Origin: an uncultured Holophagales bacterium | GTDB lineage: Bacteria > Acidobacteriota > Thermoanaerobaculia > Multivoradales > UBA5704 | Direction of reading: 5' to 3' | Length of the DNA stretch: 64,000 nt | NCBI GenBank assembly: GCA_963842525.1 | Contig: CAWJGT010000024.1 | Span: forward strand, 64,001-128,000 | Part shown: positions 9,547-19,268 of the stretch, piece by piece | How positions within the stretch are numbered: the stretch's first letter is position 1 | Layout: each line of letters starts with the position of its first letter | Notes under the pieces: generated by a model | Seen by the model: the letters and a program-made list of their open reading frames with translations, nothing else | Databases searched by the model: none | What the model was told of the DNA's origin: nothing | Made by a program: the position numbers and the translations under genes

Positions 9547-11870
9547 CAGGCGGCGGATCCGGCCTTCGACCCGCTCTCTTCCGCCCCGTACCCGTAGGAC
9601 TCGTACTCGCGATAGCCGCGGGGGACGCCCGCCTGGAGGGACCGGTACCGGTTGAGGACGGCGCCGAGGATCTTGATGTCCGCCTGCCGCAGGCGGTCGC
9701 GGACGAGGCGGGCCTCGTCCCGCGTCACCTTTTTGCAGCGCAGGGTCAGCACCACGCCGTCGGCGGCGATGCCGACCAGGGTGGCGTCGGTGACCGCCAG
9801 GGCGGGCGGCGTGTCGATGACGATGGACTCGAAGCGGGCGCGCAGCGCGCGGAGCGTCTCCCGCATACGGTCGGAGGAGATCAGCTCGGACGGGTTGGGT
9901 GGCGTCGGCCCGGAGGGGATCACCCAGAGGTTCGGCACCTCGGTGGGCAGGATCACCTCGTCGAGCTCCGCGGAGCCGGTCAGGGCGTTGACCAGGCCTA
10001 TCCGGTTGGAGACGTGGAAGACCTGGTGCAGGCGCGGCTTGCGCAGGTCGCAGTCGACGAGCACGACCGGGCGGCCGAGCTGGGCGAGGACCACCGCCAT
10101 GTTGGCGGCGGTGGCGGTCTTGCCCTCGCCGGCCACCGCCGAGGTCACGGCGATGACCTTGAGCTCGCGGGCGGTCGACAGCAGCAGGGCGGTGCGCAGC
10201 GAGCGGTAGGACTCGGAGATCAGCGTGCGCGGCCTCTCGTGCGGCACCAGCTCGATCTGCGGCGGCGACGAAGGGGGTGCCTTCTTCTTCTCCAGCCAGC
10301 CGGCGGGCGTCGAGCGGCTCGCCCGGACGCGCGGGCGCTCTCCCGACGGCGGGTTGCCGTACCCGGAGGCGGAGTAGTAGCCGTAGGCCTTGCCGACGTC
10401 GGCGATGTCCTGGATCACGGCCAGCGTCGGCAGCCCCAGGCGCCGCTCGACCTCCTCGGCCGTCTTGATCGTGCGGTCGAGGAACTCGATCAGCAGGGCG
10501 CCGCCGATGCCGAGCAGCAGGCCGAAGAGCAGGCCGTAGGTCAGGTCCTTGCGCAGGGCGGGGCGGAACGGGCCGTCCGGCACCAGGGCGTAGTCGATGA
10601 TGCGGATGTTCGACTCGCGCGTGTCCTGCATGCGGGCCGCCACATCGGTCTCCGACTGCTGCTTCAGCAGCTCGTTGAGCAGCGTGCGGCGGGAATCGAT
10701 CTCGACCCTGAGGTTGGTGAACTGGACGGCGGCCGAGCTCTGGTCCATGGCATTGCGCTTGGACGCCTCGAGCTCGTTGTTCAGCGACTGCTCCTGGCGC
10801 AGCACGGTCTGGTACTCGGACCACGCCGTGCTGCGGGCCTTGCTCACCATCTCGCGGATGACCTCGTCGACGTGCTGCTGTCCCTTCTCGATCTCGGCGC
10901 GCAGCGAGACCATCTCGGGCCAATCCGGCTTGAAGGTCTTGAGATTGGTCTCGTACTGGCTCTCGAGCCCGAGCTGCCGCGTCCGCAGGCCGCCGACCAC
11001 GCCCGGGGCCAGGCTGTCGGCCACGGTCTCGGCGGGGGCCGTGGTGATCTCGTGATATCTCGCCTCTTTCTGGATGCGCGCCTTCTTGGCGTCCATCAGG
11101 CTGGTGTTGAGCGACTCGAGACGCTGCAGGAGCACGTTCTGGCCGGGCTCCAGGACCACGATGTCGCTGCGCCGGCTGAAGGCCTGGAGCTGGGCCTCCT
11201 TGTCCGAGATCTCCTGCTTCAGGCTCTCGATCTGCGAGCCCAGGAACGTCGAGGCCTTGCCGGCCGAGGTGTAGCGGTCTTCCACCCCCATGTCGATGAA
11301 CGACTCCCCGAAGGCGTTGGCCGCCCGGGCCGCGAACTCGGGGGAGGCGGAGGAGAACGACAGCCGCACGAGCTGGGTGTTGCGCACCGGCTCGACCGAC
11401 AGGCCGCCCTTGACCTGGCTCGCCAGCCGGCCCAGGGTCGCCTCATCGTCCTCGGCCGTCGTGGCACGGGCGCCTCCCCGCTCCGGTCCGGCTCCCGGAT
11501 TGAAGCTCGGGTCCTCCATCAGGTCGAGCTTCTTGACCACCCGCTCGGCGAGGCCGCGGCTCTGCAGCAGCTCGTACTGGGTGGGGTAGAACTCCAGGTT
11601 CCAGAAGTTCTCGAACCACGGGCTCTGGCCGGTCCCCACCGGCGCCATGTTGCGGCGCTCGATCTGGATGGTCGACGTCGCCATGTACTGCTTGGGGGTG
11701 ATGGCGAAATGGACGGCGGCGGCGACCAGGGAGACGAGGCAGGCCACGGCCACCAGCTTCCAGTGGCGGCGCACCATGCCGAGGTATTCGGACAGGTTGA
11801 AGTCGAATTCCGTCTCCGGCCCGAAGCCGAGATCGTCCTGGGATGGGGCCGGGGAAGGCTGGGAAATCAA
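9546..11870 (-). CDS. wzc: Polysaccharide co-polymerase/BY-kinase Wzc
   Basis: N-terminal TM, periplasmic coiled coil, second TM, ESYRSLRT, Walker A AGEGKT, VDCDLRKP, IDTPP, C-terminal Tyr cluster. Confidence 0.93.
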   Translation of the reverse strand: MISQPSPAPSQDDLGFGPETEFDFNLSEYLGMVRRHWKLVAVACLVSLVAAAVHFAITPKQYMATSTIQIERRNMAPVGTGQSPWFENFWNLEFYPTQYELLQSRGLAERVVKKLDLMEDPSFNPGAGPERGGARATTAEDDEATLGRLASQVKGGLSVEPVRNTQLVRLSFSSASPEFAARAANAFGESFIDMGVEDRYTSAGKASTFLGSQIESLKQEISDKEAQLQAFSRRSDIVVLEPGQNVLLQRLESLNTSLMDAKKARIQKEARYHEITTAPAETVADSLAPGVVGGLRTRQLGLESQYETNLKTFKPDWPEMVSLRAEIEKGQQHVDEVIREMVSKARSTAWSEYQTVLRQEQSLNNELEASKRNAMDQSSAAVQFTNLRVEIDSRRTLLNELLKQQSETDVAARMQDTRESNIRIIDYALVPDGPFRPALRKDLTYGLLFGLLLGIGGALLIEFLDRTIKTAEEVERRLGLPTLAVIQDIADVGKAYGYYSASGYGNPPSGERPRVRASRSTPAGWLEKKKAPPSSPPQIELVPHERPRTLISESYRSLRTALLLSTARELKVIAVTSAVAGEGKTATAANMAVVLAQLGRPVVLVDCDLRKPRLHQVFHVSNRIGLVNALTGSAELDEVILPTEVPNLWVIPSGPTPPNPSELISSDRMRETLRALRARFESIVIDTPPALAVTDATLVGIAADGVVLTLRCKKVTRDEARLVRDRLRQADIKILGAVLNRYRSLQAGVPRGYREYESYGYGAEESGSKAGSAA

Positions 11871-12709
11871 AAGAACGACTCCTTGACGTAGACGACGTCG
11901 CCCTGCTGCAGCTCGATGTCGGGGTCCTTCCCCGCGAGGATCCGCTTGTAGTCGGCGGTCAGCTCCGAGGCGATGCCGTGCAGGTTGCGCTTGATGATGA
12001 CCTTCTTGCCGGCGCGGTCGGTCAGGCCGCCGGTGCGCGCGATGGCGGTGAGCAGGGAGATGCGCTCCGAGCTCTTGAACGAGACCGAGCCGGGCTCCTG
12101 CACCTCGCCCATGCAGTAGACCACCACCTCCACCGCCACGGGCACGTTGATCAGGTCGCCGGCGAAGATCGGGATGTTGACCCGGGGGTCGGCGCGCGCC
12201 ATGAGGTCCTGCACGGAGACCGCGACCTGGTCGGAAAGACCGTTGTCGGACCGGCGCAGCACATAGACGACGCCGCCGTTGCCATCGGCGAGGCCGCCGG
12301 CGGCGGTGAGCGCCTCGAGCAGGGTCCAGCGCCCCGACAGGGCGAGGCTGCCGGGCTGCCGGACGGCGCCGATCACCGAGATCGGGCGCGAGCGGTACTC
12401 CAGCACCTGCACCGAAACGGAGGCGCGGTTCAGCAGCTTCTCCTCCAGGGCCTCCTTGATCTTCTGGGCCGCCTGGGTCTCGGTCAGACCCGCCACCTCC
12501 ACGTCTCCCACCAGGGGCAGGGAGACGGTGCCGTCCTCGGCGACGCGCCGGCTGACGTTGAGCTGCTCGGTCTCGAAGACCTTGATCTCCAAAAGGTCCC
12601 GGGGGCCGATCCGGTAGGACGGGTTCTTGTCCGGAGCCTGTCCGGACGCGGGGCCGGCCAGCAGAACGAGGGAGAGGACGACGGAGGTGAGGCTGACTAT
12701 CTGCTTCAT
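11867..12709 (-). CDS. wza: Polysaccharide export protein Wza/GfcE (Poly_export + SLBB domains)
   Basis: YRIGPRDLLEI...DGTVSLPLVG, repeated GAV/GEVxxPG SLBB motifs, signal peptide. Confidence 0.9.
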   Translation of the reverse strand: MKQIVSLTSVVLSLVLLAGPASGQAPDKNPSYRIGPRDLLEIKVFETEQLNVSRRVAEDGTVSLPLVGDVEVAGLTETQAAQKIKEALEEKLLNRASVSVQVLEYRSRPISVIGAVRQPGSLALSGRWTLLEALTAAGGLADGNGGVVYVLRRSDNGLSDQVAVSVQDLMARADPRVNIPIFAGDLINVPVAVEVVVYCMGEVQEPGSVSFKSSERISLLTAIARTGGLTDRAGKKVIIKRNLHGIASELTADYKRILAGKDPDIELQQGDVVYVKESFF

Positions 12710-12779
12710 TGTAGAAAGCTTACCGCCCTATAGCATACACGGAACACCGGTCCCCGGTCCAGAGGGGGCTCCTAAAGCC

Positions 12780-14042
12780 CTAAAGCCGGCCCAGGATGAC
12801 GGTGACGCCTCCGGACACGTAGGAGCGATCCTGACCGGTGTCGGCGACGAAGTTGCTGCGCAGGGCCCGCGCGATCACCTGGATGGAGCCGGGGAAGATG
12901 ATGCGGAGAGAGCCGCCATAGGAGGTGACGTCGTCGGTCCGCTCCGGCCTGCCGGAGAAGGCGGAGATGAAGTCGTCGGTCCCGATCTCCCCGAAGGCGC
13001 GCACCGATGCCTGCTCCGTCAAGTTCACCTCGAAGGCCAGCCCCTGGCGGCGGTCGTCGAGGTAGGCGTAGCTGGGCGAGAGCGAATAGACCAGGTTGCG
13101 GTTCGCGTAGGTCCAGACCTCGATCCGCTGCCGCGGGCGCAAGGAGACGATCACGCTGCCGGTGACGCCGTCGAAATCCACGAAGCGCGAGGCGTTGCGG
13201 GCCTCCAGGGAGCGCGCGGCGACGTCGAGCTGGACGAAGAAATGGCGGCGGTCGACCAGCGCTTCCAGCACCGGGGCGGTGCCGGTGTTCGAGGCGTCGA
13301 GGAGCGGGTGCGTGAACTCGACCTGCGAGCGCTCGACCCCCACGCCCACCATCCATCCCTCCCGCGGCCGCCAGCGCACCCCCGTACGCGCCACCAGCTC
13401 CTCGCGGTCCAGCAGCCCGAGGTCCCGTTGCGGATCGCCCTCCTCCTCGTCCGTCAGGTTCTCCTGTTGGACGTGCGAGATCCTGGCGAAGGCGGAGAAA
13501 TGGCCGGTCGGCCTCACCTCGGTGGTCACCGCGATCCGGTCGTTCCGCGCATTGACCAGCCGCGGCAGCTCGGGGGTGAGGATCTGCAACTGCTCGTCCC
13601 GCTCCGCCAGCGCCTCCAGGGTCATGCGATTGAAGAACCCGTACGTGGTGAGCCCGAAGCGCTGGTTCACGCGCCGCTGCTCGGACCGTTCGCGCCACCA
13701 GACGTACTCGGGCAGGACGTGGGGCACCCAGACGACCTTGTCGCCGGTCCGCAGATAGGCGCGGAGCCCCGCGCTGAGGGTGGCCGTGAAGTCCGCGTTG
13801 TCGTTCCCGGTCTGGAAGAAGTCGCGCACGTAAGCCACATTGCGCAAGCCGGCCGACGGGGTCACGCGCAACGCGCCCAGGTGGAAGCGCGCGGTCTCCA
13901 CCTCGCGGTCCAACTGCGTCTTGCGGTCTACGGGGCGGTCATCCAGCCCTCCAGGTTCCGTATACTGGATGAATTGTGCCCGGGCGCTACCCGCAGTCAC
14001 GACGAGTGCTGCAATAGAGAAAGTCAGGATTCTCAGACGCAT
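12780..14042 (-). CDS. Outer-membrane beta-barrel protein, EPS-associated
   Basis: True start ATG 14042 with signal peptide MRLRILTFSIAALVVTAGSARA; alternating beta-strand pattern; directly upstream of wza. Confidence 0.75.
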   Translation of the reverse strand: MRLRILTFSIAALVVTAGSARAQFIQYTEPGGLDDRPVDRKTQLDREVETARFHLGALRVTPSAGLRNVAYVRDFFQTGNDNADFTATLSAGLRAYLRTGDKVVWVPHVLPEYVWWRERSEQRRVNQRFGLTTYGFFNRMTLEALAERDEQLQILTPELPRLVNARNDRIAVTTEVRPTGHFSAFARISHVQQENLTDEEEGDPQRDLGLLDREELVARTGVRWRPREGWMVGVGVERSQVEFTHPLLDASNTGTAPVLEALVDRRHFFVQLDVAARSLEARNASRFVDFDGVTGSVIVSLRPRQRIEVWTYANRNLVYSLSPSYAYLDDRRQGLAFEVNLTEQASVRAFGEIGTDDFISAFSGRPERTDDVTSYGGSLRIIFPGSIQVIARALRSNFVADTGQDRSYVSGGVTVILGRL

Positions 14043-14106
14043 GGTGTCTCCACGAACGATCTCCGCCACGATGGATCCGGTCGCTGCCGAGCCGAAGGGT
14101 AGCGCG

Positions 14107-15591
14107 ATGATACGCCATGCCGGTCTCGCGCTGACCGGCCTGCTGGCGGTGCTGCTGGCCTGGGCCCCGCTGCCGTTCGGCGGCGTCACGCCCTGGGCGG
14201 TGGCCCTTCTGCAGGCGCTCTCGCTCGCCGCCCTGGCCCTGGCGGCGTGGGCCGTCGCCCGCCCGGCGGCCCTGCGGCCCGCGGCCTTCCCGGCGGCGGC
14301 TCTCGGCGCCGTGGCCCTGCTCGGCCTCCTGCAGGCGCTCGCCTGGCCGCCGGCCCTCGTCTCCCGGATTTCGCCCGGGCACGCCGCGGCCTGGCGGCAG
14401 GCCGCCGTGCTCCCCGGCGTGGAGGCGGACGGCGGGCCGCGGCTGACCCTGGCCCCCGGGGCGTCGCGGGCCGCGGCACGGACCTGGGCCGCTGCTGCGG
14501 CCTGCCTGCTGGCCGGTGCGGCGGTGGGCCGGCGGCGCGCCCGGCGGCGCTGGCTCGCCGGAGCCGTGCTGGCCGGGGCGCTCTTCCAGGTCTTCTTCGG
14601 CGCGCAGCAGTGGTTCGCGCGCTCTTCTTCCCTCTGGGGGGTGGACATCCCGCGCAGCCCCCGCCTGCACGGCACCTTCGTCAACCCGAACCACCTGGCG
14701 CTCTACCTCGAGATGGCTCTGGCCGTCGCCTTCGCCGCGGTGTGGTGGGGGGCCCGCCGCGCCCGCAAGGAGCCGCTGGTCGAGCGGCGGGTGATCCTGC
14801 TGGCGATCCCCGGCCTGCTCTGGCTCACCCTGTTCACCGGGCTCGCCTTCACCGGGTCGCGCGGCGGCCTGCTGGCCGCGGTGGCGGGTGTCGGTGCGCA
14901 AGGGCTGCTCGTCGCGGCCGTGCGCCGCCGCTGGCGCTCGGCCGTTCTGGGGTTGGGCGCCGCCGCGGCGGGGATCGCCGTGGTGGCGGCGGTAGGCCTG
15001 CGCGAGGGGCTCGGGAGGATCCTGACCACCACCGCGGGCGACGCGAGCTGGGGCGCTCGGTGGCGGGAGTACGGCGCCGTGGTCGACCTCTGGCAGCGGT
15101 TCCCGGCCACTGGGACGGGGCTCGGCACATTCCGCGAGGCCTTCCCCGCGGTGCAGCCTCCGGATCTCCAGGGGACCTGGTGGCACGCCCACAGCGACCT
15201 GCTGGAGCTGCTGGCCACGACCGGCGTCCTGGGCCTCCTGCTGCTCGCGGCCGGGCTCGTCCCCCTGGTCCTGCGCCTGGCCGCGGTGCTCTCCGGCGCG
15301 GGTCGCTCGGAGGACCGCGCGGCGGCGCTGGCCGTCCTCGGCGCGCTCGCCGCCGTCGGTGTCCACGAGGTCCTCGACTTCGGTCTGACGATGCCGGGCA
15401 ACGCCCTGACCCTGGCGGTGCTGGCCGGCGCTGCCGTGGTCGTCGAAGTGTCCGGCGCCTCAGCGCAGGCGGACGGCCCCCGGCACCAACCTGCCGCCGC
15501 CCACGGAGCCGATCTCCAGGAGGTGCAGCCCCGGCCGCAGGGTGAGGTCCAGGGCCAGGGGCCGCGCCGGAAACACCGGAAACGCTCCTAG
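14107..15591 (+). CDS. O-antigen ligase/Wzy-like polymerase family membrane protein
   Basis: Many TM helices; GTFVNPNHLA, TGSRGG, GTGLGTF and HAHSDLLE motifs; start ATG 14107. Confidence 0.85.
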   Translation: MIRHAGLALTGLLAVLLAWAPLPFGGVTPWAVALLQALSLAALALAAWAVARPAALRPAAFPAAALGAVALLGLLQALAWPPALVSRISPGHAAAWRQAAVLPGVEADGGPRLTLAPGASRAAARTWAAAAACLLAGAAVGRRRARRRWLAGAVLAGALFQVFFGAQQWFARSSSLWGVDIPRSPRLHGTFVNPNHLALYLEMALAVAFAAVWWGARRARKEPLVERRVILLAIPGLLWLTLFTGLAFTGSRGGLLAAVAGVGAQGLLVAAVRRRWRSAVLGLGAAAAGIAVVAAVGLREGLGRILTTTAGDASWGARWREYGAVVDLWQRFPATGTGLGTFREAFPAVQPPDLQGTWWHAHSDLLELLATTGVLGLLLLAAGLVPLVLRLAAVLSGAGRSEDRAAALAVLGALAAVGVHEVLDFGLTMPGNALTLAVLAGAAVVVEVSGASAQADGPRHQPAAAHGADLQEVQPRPQGEVQGQGPRRKHRKRS

Positions 15592-17098
15592 CACGGCGCC
15601 GTCCAGCCGCGGCTCGACGATCGCGCCGTTTTCCGGCACCTCGTCGAGCTGCACCTCGATGCCGCGCGCCGGACCGTCGATCAGCATCTCCAGGCGGGCG
15701 CTCTCCCGCTGCCAGGTCCAGGCCCAGGCCGGCCATTCGCGCGCCTGGAGCTTCGCGCAGCTTGCCCTCGGCTTGCAGCCCGGCGCCGATGTCGCCGCCG
15801 GCCCTGGCCAGCTCGCGGCGTGCCAGCCAGTAGGCGGGCCGCCGCCACCAGGAGGCGTGGGCCAGGTCGAGCGCGGCCTTCGCTTCGTCGAAGCGCTGCC
15901 GCTGGGTCATGACGCGCGCCTTCGCCACCAGGTAGGGGGCCCAGGGCTCGCTCCAGAGAGTTTCCGAGCGCCGTTCCAGATCCAGGGCCCCGGGGAGGTC
16001 GCCGGCGAAGAGAAAGGCCATGGCCTCCTGCGGGGGCGAGGCATCGCCCGCCAGGCGTGCCAGGCGCTTGAGGGCAGGAGGGGAAAGAGGGCAGCCGGCG
16101 AATTGGCACCTCTTCACGACCCAGTCGAGCTGCCGGCCGAGCCGCTCCGCCGTCTCGGTACCGACCGGGCCGGCGGGGCAGTCCGTCAGGGCCGCGTTCA
16201 ACAGGTCCTGATCGCGCGGATCCGGGCGCACCTCGCCGGCAACGGCGAGATAGTGGCCGCGCGCCTCGCGCAGGTGCCCCTGGTCGAGATGCTCGTTGGC
16301 CTCGGCGAGCCGGGTCTGGAGCTGCGCCCGCAGCGTCCGGTCCCAGCCCACCTGGGCGGCGCGGAACCCCGTCCAGTCGCCGCGGCTGGCGAAGAGCTGC
16401 TGCACCCGCTCCCAGGCCCGCGGGTCCGGGGGGAGCGCGGACACCAGGGTCTGCTTGTCGGTGGCCGCGGCGAGCCAGGGATCGAGGAACGTCCTGAGGT
16501 CCTCCGGGTCGCGCAGCAGCTCGGCCACCAGGATGCGGGTGCGCTCCCGTTTGCGCGGCGAGAGGGCCGGCCAGATCTGCAGGTAGGCCGCGGCCAGGAG
16601 GCGGAGCGGCTCGCGCTTGGCCGGCGCCAGGCGGCGGGCCGCGAGGAGCGGCTCCTCCCAGTGCTCCGGCGTGGTGAAGAGGCGCGGGTCGCGGGCGTTG
16701 GCCCACCCCTGCCAGGTGGCGGCGCCGAGGACCATGGCGGCCTCCCACGAGACCGGCCGGCGTGCCAGGACCTCGCCCGCCTGCCGCGCCGTCTCCTCCA
16801 GCCGGGCGGCGCTCTGCCGCAGCTCCGCCCGCCCCTCCGGCGTCGCCGGGTCGAGAGAACCGGCGCGCTTCATCTCGCTCGCCAACACCGCCCGGGCCGC
16901 CCGCAGCCGCACGCCGTCCGGGTCCGGCTCACGCGCCAGCTCCCGCGCCAGACGCGGGTCGACCCGCACTCCCGAGCGTTCGAGCCAGGCGGTCTGCGCC
17001 TCCCGCTCGCCGCGCAGGGTGTGATGGCGGGAGACCGCGAGCAGCGCCAGGACGGTCGCGAAAGCGGCGCAGGCGAGGCGCAGAGCCAGGGGGAGCAC
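15460..17098 (-). CDS. Membrane-anchored TPR-like helical protein with C-terminal beta domain; one frameshift near 15755
   Basis: N-terminal TM; the frame continues in ORF 15460..15687 (…LEMLIDGPARGIEV…); span is 3n+1. Confidence 0.6.
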
Positions 17099-17296
17099 GG
17101 CTCCATCGTACCGCACCGGTTCCCCCATGGCATCATGGCGCCGGAGGTTTGTACGAGTTGACCTGCACCTCGGCGCAGAGAGCCCCTTTTTCAGCAGAGT
17201 GAGGCCAGGGCTCGGCGAGCTTCGCCCCGTGACGCTCTCGGGTGAGCCCTGTGCCGGAGCGGGCGGGGTGGGCTCCGGCGCGTTATCCTCCTTTCG

Positions 17297-18502
17297 ATGC
17301 CCCGTGCGATCCGCTTCTCACCGCCTGCCCTCCAGGTACCGCCTGAGGTGCGGTGGATGCTGCTGCGTGCCTTCGGGCCAGTGGGAGAGCCTGGCCCCGC
17401 GGTCGATCCCCAGGCGGCACTGGCGGCGGCGCGCCGGTTCGAGATGTCGCCGCGGATCGCCGCCCGTCAGGGGAGGGAGCGCCTTGCCGCGGAGCTGGGG
17501 GCCGAGGGCGCGTTCGGCTTCCACCGCGACCAGGCTGGCGCAACCGCCCAGGGCCTGCGCCTCCAGGGCCTCGTCCAGGACGTCGCGACGGTGGCGGCCG
17601 AGCTTTCCATGCCGCTGGTGCTCCTCAAGTTCGCCGCCCTGGAGGCCTCCGGCCCCGGAGCCCTCGGCCGGCGGGCGGCCGGGGACGTCGACCTCCTGGT
17701 CCCGGCCGGTCGCGCCGGCGAGCTGCGGCGCACCCTGCTCGACCGCGGCTGGCAGGGCTCCGGCCTGCCCGACGCCGAGCACCAGCTCGCCGCTCTTTCC
17801 CATCCGCTGGGCGGGGTCGTCGAGATTCACCGGCTGGTCCTGGGGGTCCGCCTGGACGGGATCGCCTCGGCCACGGCGGAGGCGCTGGAGGGCCGCGGCC
17901 TGCTGGCGCCGGTGCCCGGGATGGCCGGCCGCTGCTTCGTCCCGTCCAGGGAGGTGCAGGCGGCGCACACGCTGGTGCATGGCCTCGGGCAGCACGGCTG
18001 GTGGCCCGATTCCTACCCCCTGCTCAAGATGGTGGCCGACCTGATCGACCTCGGGCTCCATGAGGACGAGAACCTCGCCCGGCGCGCGGGCGGACTGGTG
18101 GCGCGGGACGTCGCCGCATCCGAGGCCGAGGCCGTTCGCCGGTTGTGCGCCGCGCTCGCCCTGGGGTCCGACCTCACCACGGGCGAGACCGGCGAGGCGG
18201 TGGTCCTGCGGCACATCCTGGCGGGCCGGCTCGACGAGCGCTATGCCGCCTCGCTCCGCATGGGCCTCTTCCGGACACAGCCGAGCGACCGCCCCGAGCC
18301 GGTGCGGCTGGCCCGGTCGCTGCTCGCCGCCGTCTTCCTCACCCGCGCCCAAATCGATGCGATCTACGGCCCTCCCCGCCGTCCGATCGGCTATCTGGCC
18401 CGCCGCGTCGCCCGCCCGTTCAACCTCCTGGTCCGCCTGGTCCGCTACGGCGCGCGTTCCGCATGGCTGAAAATCTGTGGTATCCTCTTTTCAGTATTCT
18501 AA
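17297..18502 (+). CDS. Nucleotidyltransferase family protein (NTP_transf_5-like)
   Basis: LVLLKFAAL...RRAAGDVDLLV...VEIH motif; this family is often next to EPS or lasso loci. Confidence 0.75.
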   Translation: MPRAIRFSPPALQVPPEVRWMLLRAFGPVGEPGPAVDPQAALAAARRFEMSPRIAARQGRERLAAELGAEGAFGFHRDQAGATAQGLRLQGLVQDVATVAAELSMPLVLLKFAALEASGPGALGRRAAGDVDLLVPAGRAGELRRTLLDRGWQGSGLPDAEHQLAALSHPLGGVVEIHRLVLGVRLDGIASATAEALEGRGLLAPVPGMAGRCFVPSREVQAAHTLVHGLGQHGWWPDSYPLLKMVADLIDLGLHEDENLARRAGGLVARDVAASEAEAVRRLCAALALGSDLTTGETGEAVVLRHILAGRLDERYAASLRMGLFRTQPSDRPEPVRLARSLLAAVFLTRAQIDAIYGPPRRPIGYLARRVARPFNLLVRLVRYGARSAWLKICGILFSVF

Positions 18503-18546
18503 CGCTCTTGGAAGTTTCTAGAGGTATCTACGCCGGGGGGCTCGAG

Positions 18547-18783
18547 GTGAGGGGAAGAGCTCCGGAGTACCCGCCGAGTCAGGGTTCGTCCAGGCTGCTC
18601 CGCCCGTGCACGGTCTGTGGCAGGCCGCCCGCCGCCAGCGTCCAGGTTGGCGCCGGCCGCGCCGGCCTGATGCTCGGCTGGATCGAATGCCGAGGGTGCG
18701 GCCGCAAAACTGCAGACAATCAAAGCTTCGAAGAGGCGTGCCGGGAGTGGAACGCCATCCAGGCGGCGGCAGCGCCGTCGTAG
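18547..18783 (+). CDS. Small Zn-ribbon protein, Lar (restriction alleviation)-like
   Basis: LRPCTVCG...WIECRGCG...FEEACREWN matches the LxPCPxCG...CxxC...A..WN Lar pattern; GTG start 18547. Confidence 0.55.
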   Translation: MRGRAPEYPPSQGSSRLLRPCTVCGRPPAASVQVGAGRAGLMLGWIECRGCGRKTADNQSFEEACREWNAIQAAAAPS

Positions 18784-18795
18784 CGGGCGGCTCGA

Positions 18796-19134
18796 TCAGG
18801 TTGATCCCGGCTCCGAAGGCCCGCCGGGCTCGGGGGCCGCGGACATGTGCTCCAGCGCCTTCTGGATGCGCGCCGGATCCCCTTCCTCCAGCGGGTTGGG
18901 AAAGACAGCCTGGAAGAAGTTGGCCGGCGGGATGCCGACGGCCTCCAGGATGTCGAGGAGCTGCCGGAGCTTGAGCTCCCGCGAGCCGTGGAAAAGGCGG
19001 CTCAGATAGCCGCTGTGGTTGCTGAAGCCCATCCGCCGCTCGACCTCGCGGTTCGAGAGGCTGGCGAATCGGATCGAGGCCTGCAGCATCTTCCGGATTC
19101 GGGCGACTTCGCCCGCAGTTTTAACATCTCTCAT
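18796..19134 (-). CDS. XRE-type HTH transcriptional regulator; paralog of 45131..45583
   Basis: [10 protein letters not shown]...[26 protein letters not shown]. Confidence 0.75.
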   Translation of the reverse strand: MRDVKTAGEVARIRKMLQASIRFASLSNREVERRMGFSNHSGYLSRLFHGSRELKLRQLLDILEAVGIPPANFFQAVFPNPLEEGDPARIQKALEHMSAAPEPGGPSEPGST

Positions 19135-19268
19135 TGTCTGAGGAGAGTACAACAGGTTGCGGGCTTCGGGGAAATCCCCCGTCGGGGCGGCCCGGCGGAT
19201 GTGCTGGTCGTCCCAGCCCGGCCGTGGCATACTCAGATCGTCGGGGGAGGGCCTTGAGCACGAACACC

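Noticed and set aside
17297-18502. Lasso-peptide cluster suggested by the nucleotidyltransferase
   Set aside because: No lasso cyclase, B protein/PqqD or precursor seen nearby
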